DNA from: Octopus sinensis
Lineage: Eukaryota
Length of the DNA stretch: 64,000 nt
NCBI RefSeq assembly: GCF_006345805.1
Contig: NC_043013.1
Span: forward strand, 930,001 to 994,000
Direction: 5' to 3'
Below are positions 24,763 to 64,000 of the stretch, piece by piece (the first letter of the stretch is position 1; each line of letters starts with the position of its first letter). The position numbers were made by a program, and so were the translations under genes. The notes beneath the pieces were generated by a model that was not told the origin of the DNA, ran no database searches, and worked only from the letters and a program-made list of their open reading frames with translations.

Positions 24763-24865
24763 ATATCTATCCATCCATCCACCTACCTACCTGTCTCTAT
24801 CTATCCATCCATCCATCCATCCATCCATCCATCTACCTACCTACCTACCTGTCTATCTATCTATC
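24002..24865. repeat. (ATCT)n microsatellite with a higher-order cassette repeated 8 times
   Basis: The cassette ATATATCTATCCATCCATCCACCTACCTACCTGTC recurs between variable (ATCT)n tracts. Confidence 0.9.
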
Positions 24866-26470
24866 TCTTCTCTTTCCCTCACTAACTTAAAGAACTCACC
24901 ATCACTGTCTTCATATATGTGCATCGATCGGTGCAGTGTTTGTATCTGCTGTAGAGCCAATCAAATTTTCGAATTTGGTACATAAAAAGTTGCAAACAAA
25001 CACACAAAACAATCTGCGCCGATTAAAAGCGAAACGTCCTCAAACATTCGATGATGTTCGGCACAATTCGGCACAATTCGGCACAGTTCGGCAATACCCG
25101 ATAATAAAGAGATTAATCGTAAAATGTCACGGATTTATTTGGGGTTCACTCTTCTCTTTTCAAATTATACATACGTGCGTTAAAATATAACTATACAGGC
25201 TACTAATGTGTTATACATTCGTTTAGAAATACATACACATCTATATGTACGTGCTTATCTGCATATATGCATAGCCTTGTATATGTATGTATGTATATAT
25301 GTATGTATATATGTATGTATATATGTGTGTGTGTATGTATGTATGTATGTATGGATGGATGGATGTTTGTATGTATGTATGTAAGCACAGATAATGAAAA
25401 TAAAGTAACCATGGCCTTACAGTATACAGTGCTCAGGTGAGCTGCAGCTCATCAGAAAAATACCTGAATGTATTCTATTTCCCGAGTCGTTTCTATTATT
25501 ATTGTTCGCACTGTTGTCATTAAATTGCATTATTGATGTTGTGCTAATTGCTGCCGTTAATTAGTGATCTTCTGTTACATTTGTGACTCGTTGTCTTCGC
25601 AGAATCATTGTATTGTTTGTTTCTTGCTTTTTTCTACTTTTTTCAAGACATTTTCCTCTAAGAATGCGAAAGGTTTGCACAAAGCTTGCATTTGCTCTCT
25701 TCATTTCTACTCGTTCTACAATCTCCACTAAAGATCGATCGTAATTCAATTAATGAGTCTTGACAATATTTATCTAATCAGTTTGATTTTAAAACTGTCA
25801 TCAATTGATTGATTGTTAAACTTCATTGATGTCTAATTGTACCGATTGAGGTTTGTATCCTTCGATCATTATTGTATGGTTGTATTCTTCCATTTCCTTA
25901 CAGAGCCCAGGGTTTACTCCTGGTCACATAAGTTTCGGTTCGAGTCGACCACAAACTTTTAACACTTCTGCCACAATAGTTTGAACCATTTTCCTTGGTG
26001 TCTGGGTTCCGAAAGTATCGGCTTTTCGAATTTGTTGTGTAATTTTGCCAGTTTAATGCCATTAATTAGGCCTACCCAAACGCCAATCCTCCCCGCCTCG
26101 CCGCAGTTTTTGTTCCCTCATAACTTTCAGGAAAAAAATGGGATGATTTTCTATGAAATTTCCGACATTCAGATTTTCTACATTCAGATGCTGAAGATTA
26201 CGAGTGAATCAGAATTTAATGAGTAAAATAAACAAACAAATAAATTGGTTCCTGCGCAACGTACTGACACATTCATATATTTTTCAAAGGTTCAGTTTCT
26301 TTAGTTGTAGATAAATGTATGTGATATACGTCAGTGTGTACGTATGCGTGTTCAGCAGTTATTATTAGTAAAATAAATCATCATCATCATCATCATTACC
26401 AACAACAACAACATCATCATCATCATCACTATCATCACCATCATCACCATTATTATTATTATTATTATTA

Positions 26471-26508
<38 letters not shown>

Positions 26509-26509
26509 C

Positions 26510-27298
26510 GAGTGAGAGAGCTGCGTATACCATCAAAGAGACACTGAGGTAAAATATACGGGGCCCAGTATACCCATCATGACTACCTGTCTGATAAGGG
26601 TACACTAGGCACATGCATCACAACCATATGTGCGCGACATGGTGATCTCATATCAAAATAAACAGCGCATGATCCTTGCAGGTGGGGCCCAGTTAGAATT
26701 TTCTTAAGGTCGAGTAGCCCATCCCGCTCAAATGGTCCTTGAATAAGGGTTGTTTAAGGTTGTTGAATGAAACACCCATGTTTCCAGAGGTGAATTATTC
26801 AAACCCCAAAGAATCCCCCCCAACACATGGCGGGCTGGCAGAAAGGTTAGCACGCCGGGCGAAATGCGTAGCCGTATTTCGTCTGTCGTTACGTTCTGAG
26901 TTCAAATTCCGCCGAGGTCGACTTTGCTCTTCATCCTTTCGGGGTCGATAAATTAAGTACCAGTTGCGCACTGGGGTCGATGTAATCGACTTAATACTCT
27001 TGTCTGTCCTTGTTTGTCCCCCTATGTTTAGCTCCTTGTAGGTAATAAAGAAATATATATGATGCTCCCCCTCTACTTCTGTTCGTGATAAGAGATGCAC
27101 ATATCGTCAGCCACCAAGGGACATGCTCAACTGGTTACGGTCAAACAACTGACAAGCAAATCTGTGGTATTGAGCAGAATATCTGCTGTAGCCCATCTTT
27201 TATACCAAGACAAAACAATGTACATGATAACACTTCCAATCAGTTAAGATCAGAAGCCATGAGAGCCACTGCCTGGTACACTGCATCAGGGCATTTAT
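26510..27298 (+). mobile_element. Unclassified interspersed repeat flanked by TAT/CAT tracts, with a nested family-1 SINE (26826-27060)
   Basis: Second uninterrupted copy at 46460-46925. Confidence 0.7.
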
Positions 27299-27448
27299 CA
27301 TCATCATCATCATCATCATTATTATTATCACTATTATTATTATTCAACAGTTGAATAATATTCAGGCGTAGCTAGAATTTGTGTCGCCCGCAGCAAACCG
27401 CCCCAGTTCGGCTCCTCTAGCTACGCTAGCTAGAGCTTCTACTGCGTC

Positions 27449-27840
27449 ACCAGCCGTGCCTCGTTGTACGAGTAATTTGCTGTACGAGCCGAGACTCGTG
27501 CGAATTTTTGTCTTCAAGTACGAGCGGAAATCCGCAGAACGAACAAGTGTCATACAAGAACACAAATCGTCCCATCTTGAAGGTAATTCAGTTAATAAAA
27601 CCAGTTTATGTATTTCTTTTGCATTCTCTTTTTTTATAATTATCATGTTACTTGTAACAACATCGTTTCTGTTTTAAAACCCATAGAATTATTATTTTTT
27701 TTTTTGAGTGGCTTTTAGGGTCTGGAACGGATTAATTATATTTTAGTTAATCTCAATGCGGGGAAATTGATTTGTAAAACGAGTAAATCGTAAGACGAGC
27801 TCGGTTATGGAACAAATTAAATTCCGACTGCGAGGCATTT
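27449..27840. mobile_element. Possible pogo/Tigger-like MITE
   Basis: Weak terminal inverted similarity (GTGCCTCG...TAATT / AATTA...CGAGGCAT). Confidence 0.35.
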
Positions 27841-28087
27841 ATAACTTCATTAATAGAGTTATATAACATAATTGGTCGCTAACATTTAATGATTACATTG
27901 CCTTTGTGACAATATTTCATAATAATGATTCCTTTTTCATTAGATGGGTTTGCATCTATCATGGAACTTTATCTATCAGTTTTGAACAGGTCCTTTCTAT
28001 GACGAAACAAAAATATTTACGAAATTTGATTAATGCAGGGGAGATAACTAATGTATACTTACATCTCTTATTTCCCTTATCAATTGT

Positions 28088-28130
<43 letters not shown>

Positions 28131-28145
28131 TAATAATAATAATAA

Positions 28146-28545
28146 ACATTGTGTACAGTGCTCAGGTGCACTACAACTCATCGAAAGTGTATATATAATC
28201 AGGTGTAGTTTCGACGGATTTCGGAAAGCATGAGGGCCTTAAAGGATGCAGTGTCATGGCAGTCAACAACTGACGCAGGCAGTTTATTCCATGCTTCAGC
28301 AACTCTGAGTGTGAAGAAATGTTTCCGAAAGTCATGGGAGCTGTATTGTTTTCTGACTTTGTAGGCATGTCCACGTGTGTTGGACACATGGAGATCAAAA
28401 AGGTGTTCAGTGTTGTTATTGGTGAGGTGGTTGACAACTTTGTGGGCGTTTACCAAGTCCGTCGCCAGACGCCGGAACTTCAGTGAATCCATGCCCAGGA
28501 TATACGTGAAAAGATCATTTTGCAATTTTCTAAATATAGGAATAT
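28146..28545 (-). mobile_element. CR1/L2-group LINE 3' end
   Basis: LKFRRLATDL...NTRGHAYKVRK...RKHFFTLRVAEAWNKLP C-terminal ORF2 motif, followed by a 3' UTR and (TTA)n tail. Confidence 0.85.
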
Positions 28546-29384
28546 GATAAACTCGCGAAATCGCATGCGAACACGTACATGGATTCCCACATGTATGCGT
28601 GCGCGTGTGTGTGATCGCTGTCCACTCGTGACCGAAAAAGACCGTCGCTGACCCTTCAAGAACATTCTGCATTCAGACATTTGTTGTTCCGCTGGCGATA
28701 AATGAGCCCAGCTCTGGATAGACGCATAGGCTGGGGAACAGGGCTTGAGGGGTTACAAACGACCCCACACCAACTGAAAAACTGGGTTTGCACACGTCTG
28801 CATTTATTGCACCCCAAACTCGCCCCATTCGTTTCACTAGTGGTGCGTTTTTGAGCAGCTCGATTAAGTTCGGCATGAAAACTACCCGTTTCTTCAAAGA
28901 TACCCAATCAGTCCATTTATATCTACAACCTCCATAACCTCTGGGACAAGATGAAGTGTGACTTTCATTCTTCTGTCTTTATTCTTCTATCAAATGTTTT
29001 CTTCTATTATACATTGTGAATTCTCCGTGTGGAACTTACCTGCATACAGAAAAGCCAGTGTAAGGAAAAGCCAGTGTATGGAGATGTCGACCCATCACCA
29101 GCGATATCTCAGAAGCAGCTGTAAGGCATTAATTACTTCTACTTTAATTACTCTAATTAAATATTCTAAATGACCCGAGATACTCGTCCTGCCTTGGTTT
29201 TTGCTTTCTTTTGGTTTCATATATCCATCGGAAGCCTACTACAGATCCCTAGCTCCAGCCTCAGCTCTGAGCTTGAGACCTAACGGAAAATCAATTATAG
29301 CACTTGCGCAGCGTACCTATTCGTTTAGATCACCAGAGGACTAAACCCTTGATATTGTTTGTGTATACACACACACACACACAC

Positions 29385-30367
<983 letters not shown>

Positions 30368-30368
30368 C

Positions 30369-30440
<72 letters not shown>

Positions 30441-30515
30441 GATAGATGGATGGATGGATGGATGGATAGATAGATAGATAGAGATAGATAGATAGATAGA
30501 TGGATGGATAGATGG

Positions 30516-30546
<31 letters not shown>

Positions 30547-30664
30547 TAGATGGATGGATGGATGGATGGATGGATGGATGGATGGATAGATAGATAGATA
30601 GATAGAGAGATAGATAGATAGATAGATAGATAGATGGATGGATAGATGGATAGATAGATAGATG

Positions 30665-30719
<55 letters not shown>

Positions 30720-30735
30720 GGATGGATAGATGGAT

Positions 30736-30775
<40 letters not shown>

Positions 30776-30795
30776 GGATGGATGGATAGATGGAT

Positions 30796-30871
<76 letters not shown>

Positions 30872-30903
30872 GGATAGAAAGATAGATGGATAGATGGATA
30901 GAT
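30368..30903. repeat. (GATA)n/(GATG)n microsatellite
   Basis: Direct reading. Confidence 0.95.
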
Positions 30904-31325
30904 TTCGGGACGGTCATTTTTGTCTTTGTCAAATAAACACACGCACTATATGATCGTTTTTCACTTCAGCTTTATTATTGTCTCAAGAGATAAAATGGAA
31001 CTGTTAAGGTGAAAATCGAAACCGTATTGTTTGTATCTTTTGCTCAACATTGCTCTCTTTGAGAAGTTTATGTATTTATATTTCATTCTGGCAATAAGTC
31101 ACAGATTCAGGGTGAAAACTAAGTGATGTGGTGAAGTTCATGCTTTTCTCAAGATCCCAAGCGACGTTGTTGTTGTTGTTGTCATCGTCGTTTAACCCCT
31201 GGTTAACCCTTGAGATCCTGCAGGCTATGATCAAAGATGTTTCAGCTGTGACCATCGTGTACTTTTTTCTATATCTAGAAAACTTCCCTTATCTCTCTCT
31301 CCCTCCCTCCCCCTCTCTCTGTCAT

Positions 31326-31650
31326 GGTGCGTGGCTTAGTGGTTAGGGTATTCGGCTCACGGCCGTAAGATCGCGAGTTCGAATCCTGGCGGTGCGTTAT
31401 GTCCTTGAGCAAGACACTTTATTTCACGTTGCTCCAGTCCACTCACCTGGCAGAAATGAGTTGTACCTGTAATTCAAAGACCCAGCTTTGTCATATTCTG
31501 TCTCGCACTGAATCTCCCTCAGAACTACGCTAAGGGTACGCATGTCTGTGGAGTACTCAGCCACGTGCACATTAATTTCCCAAGCAGGCCGTTTCGCTAC
31601 TCTGATCAAGCGGGACACTCGTCATTGTAACCGACGGAAGACCAGCTTTT
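31326..31650 (+). mobile_element. tRNA-derived SINE, family 3
   Basis: A box TGGCTTAGTGG, B box GAGTTCGAATCC, then a TCCTTGAGCAAGACACTT core; no complete cloverleaf or acceptor stem. Confidence 0.8.
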
Positions 31651-31974
31651 CTGTAAGTCCTTTCTCTTTTAAGACGGTAGGGTGTAGTCTGAAGGTTCTT
31701 GGCTGCTTGTTCTAGCAGATCGAGAGACTACATAGAATGCTCTATCACTGACCCGTCACAAGCCGTGGATTAGTAAGGAAACATGTAACTGAAACCGCCG
31801 CCTCGGGTGATTCTCAGTGACATAAAAGATGAAGACTAGGAACGGTCCTCAGGCAATTCTGTCAAACTTTTACGTCAGAAACATTTCTGGTATTTGGAAA
31901 TATATTTCATAAAATAAAATTTAAAAAAAAAATTTTAATTAAAAACAGGAAAAAGGTTCTGAACATTTCAATTT

Positions 31975-32189
31975 AACATTATTTACATTTGACGGATATT
32001 TGTCCTCATCTTGTTTATTGTTAACACAACGTTTCAGCTGATATACACTCCAGCCTTCTTCAGATGTCTTGGGGAAATTTCGAACCTGGGTTCTCATACC
32101 TAAGGTATTTTTCGATGTTGTTGTTGTTATTTAGGCCACTACCTGGAATCGAACGCGGAATCTTGGGGTTAGTAGCCCACGCTCTTAAA
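31975..32189 (-). mobile_element. tRNA-head plus hammerhead SINE-like element, copy 1
   Basis: Partial tRNA-like head (...AAGAGCGTGGGCTACTAACCCCAAGATTCCGCGTTCGATTCCAGG), (AAC)n, linker, hammerhead and TGTAAATAA tail. Confidence 0.75.
32023..32068 (-). ncRNA. Minimal type I hammerhead ribozyme motif
   Basis: GACAT-CTGAAGA-A-GGCTG(GAGTGTATAT)CAGCT-GAA-ACGT-T-GTGTT; palindromic ACGT stem III and GUU triplet. Confidence 0.65.
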
Positions 32190-33074
32190 CAATATGTACA
32201 AGTTTTTTAAAATTTAATTTCTTTTATTCTTTTATGTTTTTGAATGCCAATTGCTTTGCTAATTAAAGCTCTTTTTTCTCTTGGGAATCTTGCCAATATG
32301 TCATTCATAAATAATTAGTATTTCTGAGATTTTCATAATTCATTTATTTCTTCTGTTTTTCTTTTTCTTTTTTTTTCACAGAGTTATATGGATAAAGACA
32401 ATAATACGGGATGTTGTTTGTGCATTTCTTCAGAGCAATAAATGAATAACTTTGTCAGGTGTTGTTGTAGAGGTTGTTTTCGGTCCCAAATTAATTTTTA
32501 GATTTTTAATTTGTTCATGATTTTTGTGATAATGGAGAATCGAACTAAATGCAATTCGTTGCCACTAACTTATCGCCCTTCTTACTACGCTCTCCTTTGC
32601 GGACGACAGGCTGGCTTCCATTGTTGAGATCTTATCGGTCACGCTTACATTTTGCTACAACATCCTTTGCGTGGATGTTTTCCTGTTATGAATACAATTT
32701 CATTTAACACTATCACCACATTGGGAAATTTGTGCTTTCTATCACCGTCTACAATTTTGTTCTAATTGTTTTCAAATTCGGTATATGTACATGATTCCTC
32801 ATCTCTTAATTATAGAACTGTATTAATAAATGTTTGTTTTAAACAAATGTTTTGACCGTTGTTTCTAGCAACTCCTGTTTGTTCGTAGCTTTTCAATATT
32901 TAATTTGCTTGCGAATGTTTTCATGTTTTTCACTACTTACTGTAGCTAGTTTAATGTTTTGACATGTCGATGCCCACCACCACCGATGGTGGAAGCGACA
33001 GTGAACGCGTTGTTTTCTGAAAATTATCAAAATTTCAACACCTGTAATATTTTTACAAAATTTTTCTGGAATAG

Positions 33075-33243
33075 GCGCAGGAGTGGCAGTGTGGTAAGTA
33101 GCTTGTTTACCAACCACATGGTTCCGGGTTCAGTCCCACTGCGTGGCAGCTTGCGCAAGTGTCTTCTACTATAGCCTCGGGCCGACAAAAGCCTTGTGAG
33201 TGGATTTGGTAGACGGAAACTGAAAGAAGCCCGTCGTATATAA

Positions 33244-33279
<36 letters not shown>

Positions 33280-33445
33280 GCTGGTGTGTTTATGTCCCCG
33301 TTACTTAGCGGTTCGGCTAAAGAGACCGATAGAATAAGTACTGGGCTTACAAAAGAATAAGTCCCGGGGTCGAGTTGCTCGATTAAAGGCGGTGCTCCAG
33401 CATGGCCGCAGTCAAATGACTGAAACAAGTAAAAGAGTAAAAGAG
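33075..33445 (+). mobile_element. tRNA-derived SINE, family 2, near full-length
   Basis: GGCGCAGGAGTGGCAGTGTGGTAAG head, GGTTCAGTCCC B-box-like motif, internal (TA)n and GAGTAAAA tail repeats. Confidence 0.85.
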
Positions 33446-35145
33446 AGAGTAAAGAGAATAAATGAATAACAAATTCGGATTCAGCGTCAAAAATTACATC
33501 CATTTTTTTTTTTAATAGATAATTATAAACGGAGGAAAACCACAAAGATCCGCACAGAACAGATCCCCCCCACCCACCGCATTGTTTACTGTGTCCTCTT
33601 CAATAAGGATCTGGTTGGGTTGGTGGCTCGTGTTGGTCGACCACATGGTCACAGCAGGGGACTGACTGGGACCCTGCCCAACGGGTCGCCTGCGAAGACT
33701 TGAGAATAAATGGTAAATGCAAAAACGTGCTGCAACGGTGCATGCCCTCACATCTGATCAGACCAGACCACATTGCTCGGATTTTTCACTGATCACACAC
33801 AAATGAAAGACCATCTTTGATTCTACATTCGATGATTATCTCTCATGAACGTCTGCGTTTTATTTCCAGTCTTCTCACATTGTAAAAGACTTGGTTTTCG
33901 GATGACTCCCCAAAACAATTAGCGTTGTGGCAAGGTTCTTTGTTCTCACAACAACACCGAGAATAAAATGAAAAGAAAATTTTGCCATTTTTCATTCGTG
34001 ACACGACTTGGAATCCTCACAGATTCGACGACAGCAGAATTACAACAAACGGAATAAATCGGCTGATGCTGTCTTCATCGTATATTCTTTGCCCTCGACC
34101 AAGTTCTCACGAACCCATACACCGTAGCTACCGTTTTTAATACACTGGACAATGTAGTCACACACACACACACTATTACACATATATTTCATATATTCGT
34201 TAATTATTTAACGAATATAATTATTCAATTGTTTAATTGCGTAATTCATTATTATTATTTTCGTGTAAATTATTACGTTTCTGGATAAAATTAAAAAACT
34301 TTATATAAAGGACCTTTGCTTTCCAGACATCTACTCACGTCGTTGCATTTGATAATACTTTGGAACAACCATTACGCCATCGTTTAAATAAAGATGAACT
34401 GTTGGATAATCAAGGTGAAGTAATTAAAGACTTATTTGTTCAAATTTTGTTGATCTTTTTTTATCAAAGTGAGCCAGACCAATTAAAACCCATCGCTCGT
34501 ATAACATTCACCTATGTTGACAAATATGTATGTTCTAACGCAACACCTACTTTTAAGAGGTGATAAATATTACCTTTTGATATTAACACAGACTAATCCG
34601 CTTTCGCCATCGATCCCTGTTCATCGCAAGCTCATAAAGTGTAATTTTACGTCTGGCTAGGTCCGCGTTAACTTGCAAAATGAACGTCTTTCTCAAAATT
34701 CCTTCAGCTTCTTATGGTTCTGTAATTCAAAAGAGCGACCCCTGATATATTTGAAATTCTCAAAGCGTGTCCAAAAACAAAAATTTATTTGCTTGAACTT
34801 TAATATGCTATCAGCTGTGAAAGTCTGTATTCTTGCAATTAGCCATTTGTTATTTTTTCTGGGAAATCGACTCCAAGAGAAATTCGCAAGAGGGCGATAT
34901 CCAGTGTTTATCTATTCCACAAGTGTTTCTGTTATTGTTCTGGCCTCACTGGTACAGAACAGAACTACTAACTTTGCAAAGTAACATTGGCATTGACTGA
35001 ACAATCCCAAATAAATTGTTTGCACGCTGCTGGCCGTGCTAACTGGCATCTTTGTCTAAAACAGGGATTCTCAACTGAAGTCTATATGGCCATAGGCAAT
35101 AAATCAGTTTTACTTCTACAATACACAAAATATCTTTATATATAT

Positions 35146-35213
<68 letters not shown>

Positions 35214-35578
35214 TATTCCTAGTAATATCTAAATATATACTGTAAGATTTTTTTAAAATATCTATTGAATGGCTATGGAAGTCCAGTAGAGTAAGATAGA
35301 AATGGAAGGGGTCCAAAGGCAAACAATGGTTGAGAACCATTGGTCTAAAAGAATTTGTGGAGAAGAGACGTAGAAAGAGAGTCATAACTTTGTTTCTCCG
35401 ATGTACGGTCAGATGCTCGCCATGTCGGATGTTGTCAGAGATACGCAACATTAAATCTGTCGGCCATGTTACGTTGTAGACAATTGAATCCTTGATGTTC
35501 AAATCAACAACAAATAGTATTCTGCTTTTTACATCAGTGATTTTTTTTTTGTCAAATTTTGCAAATGTAGATTTGAAA

Positions 35579-35757
35579 ATTTATTTACATTATTTACATT
35601 ATTTACATTTGACGGGTATTTGTCCTCATCTTTTTTGTTGTTAACACAGCGTTTCGGCTGATATACGCTCCAGCCTTCATCAGGTGTCTTTGGAAATTTC
35701 GAACCTGGGTTCTGATGTCTGAGGTATCTTTCGATGTTGTTGTTGTTGTTATTATTA

Positions 35758-35818
<61 letters not shown>

Positions 35819-35890
35819 AGTTACTGCCTGGAATCGAACTCGGAATCTTGTGGTTAGTAGCCCGCGCTCTTAACCACTATGCCATATGCC
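35579..35890 (-). mobile_element. tRNA-head plus hammerhead SINE-like element, copy 2, with an inverted tail copy at 35897-36006
   Basis: Head GGCATATGGCATAGTGGTTAAGAGCG...GAGTTCGATTCCAGG (A and B boxes), (AAT)n, the same linker and hammerhead as copy 1 (U16.1 position mutated to C), and TGTAAATAA repeats. Confidence 0.8.
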
Positions 35891-36190
35891 TGTGGGCATA
35901 TCAGCCGAAACGTTGTGTTGACAACAAACAAGATGAGGACAAATATCCGTCAAATGCAAATAATGTACATAATGTACATAATTCCTCATCTCTTAAATAT
36001 AGAACTCTGGAAATTTAGATCTGGACATTTTTTTTTTCTAACAGTGCATCAGTTTTCTTCTTGTCGAGACAAACGCATTTCATAATCCAGAAAAATGTGT
36101 GGGTGAGGTGCAAATGGATCTCCTTGTGATACGTCTGAATACGTGCTACCAAGAGGGCAGAGATAAGCATTTCCGGAATGCGCATGCACG

Positions 36191-36259
<69 letters not shown>

Positions 36260-36269
36260 CACACACACA

Positions 36270-36347
<78 letters not shown>

Positions 36348-36422
36348 GCACATTTATCAAGACGTTTGCAATCTGTTTAGCCTCAAATGAAATGCTGAAC
36401 TCGAATTCGTGTCTTCATGAAA

Positions 36423-63207
<26,785 letters not shown>

Positions 63208-63254
63208 CTGTAATGAAAAGATGTTAAGACTATGAAATACAAAATATATCCTTC

Positions 63255-63470
63255 GATGGAAGGCAAAAAATTGAAATTTTGGTGGGAGGGGAACAGTCAA
63301 TTAGACCGACTCCAGTACACAACTGGTACTTATTTTACCAGCCCCGAAAGGATAAAAGGCAAAGTCGACCTCGGCAGAATTTGAACTCAGAACGTAAAGC
63401 CGGAAGAAGTACTGCTAAGCATTTTGTCCGGCAAATTAACAATTCAATCCGCCGCTCACCGCCTCAATGA
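63255..63470 (-). mobile_element. SINE family 1
   Basis: Family core on the minus strand. Confidence 0.8.
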
Positions 63471-64000
63471 AATATAAAGTAGAGTCACAAATGATATAAA
63501 CTGATATACGATACTCAGTCTTATAATCTGTATGTGGTGCACAAGTTTATATGATACACAATCACATAATATGCTTATGTGATATTATGTGTATGTGATA
63601 CATACATACATACATACATACATACCAGAAAGGAGAAGGCTAATTCGAAAACAGATGAGTCCAATACGCAAACAACGAGAGAAACAAATGGAAAACAGGA
63701 CAAGTAACATAAAGAACGACCCTTCATCAGTTGTCGGCTGTCTGTCTACTCCTCATTTCGAGCATTGAACGACAATATGAATCTTCGAAGACAGTTGATC
63801 CCATAAGTACCAAAATAAAATTTGGGATTTATGGAGGGTCAAAGTTGGGAACAAAAATAGGACAGTGGCGATACACGAAGAAACCGAACGAAAACAAACA
63901 TGGACGGTCGTTAGACCAGAACGAGGGTAAAATAGCAAACGCTGGAGAAATATTTTCTTTGCCAAGAGAAAAGATAGAAAGGAGATATCGGCAGATCGAC

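Noticed and set aside
24160-24800. CRISPR-like constant repeat with spacers
   Set aside because: Spacers are just (ATCT)n, there are no cas genes, and the context is eukaryotic.
27362-27646. GC-rich ORFs on both strands
   Set aside because: No recognisable domain or splice signals; overlaps short TIR-like words (GGCGTAGCTAG/CTAGCTACGC) typical of MITE debris, and no TSD was found.
29030-29041. U1 snRNA 5' end (ACTTACCTG)
   Set aside because: No U1 body follows; it is simply the complement of a splice donor.
31326-31400. tRNA gene
   Set aside because: A and B boxes are present but there is no matching acceptor stem or oligo-T terminator, and it continues into a SINE body.
33560-33760. GC-rich segment with possible exon signals
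   Set aside because: No consistent phase or domain fit with neighbouring genes; more likely a retroelement UTR fragment.
35643-35688. Active hammerhead in SINE copy 2
   Set aside because: The conserved U16.1 is C (ACGC-T), so this copy is probably inactive; kept only as family evidence.
35824-35890. tRNA-Ser(ACT)-like gene
   Set aside because: Imperfect anticodon and T stems and no 3' acceptor strand; interpreted as a SINE head.

Overview
Repeat-saturated, AT-rich eukaryotic genomic DNA. The SINE, Penelope and Dong/R4 repeat content resembles an octopod cephalopod; this is inferred, not verified. No rRNA, true tRNA gene or CRISPR array is supported. Three host protein-coding loci are visible. 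(1) and (2) are a divergently oriented pair of intronless paralogous ORFs of about 605 aa (3702-5519, minus; 21640-23460, plus). Each encodes a predicted secreted protein with a CBM6/CBM35-like N-terminal beta-sandwich and a conserved C-terminal region I cannot assign to any known family. (3) is a spliced minus-strand gene reconstructed by hand from 10 exons (63207 down to 36423), encoding a laminin-G/TSPN domain, a linker, five EGF repeats and a basic Cys-containing tail; its 5' end lies at higher coordinates. Mobile DNA includes a decayed CsRn1-like Ty3/gypsy element with a 5' LTR and tRNA-Trp PBS, two solo LTRs, a full-length mariner nested in a hAT-type MITE, other MITEs, a Helitron 3' end, Tx1, CR1/L2, RTE, many Dong/R4 3' ends, Penelope-like fragments and many tRNA-derived SINEs. 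The most unusual signals are the uncharacterised secreted paralog pair and a SINE-like family joining a Pol III tRNA-like head to a Penelope-type minimal hammerhead ribozyme.
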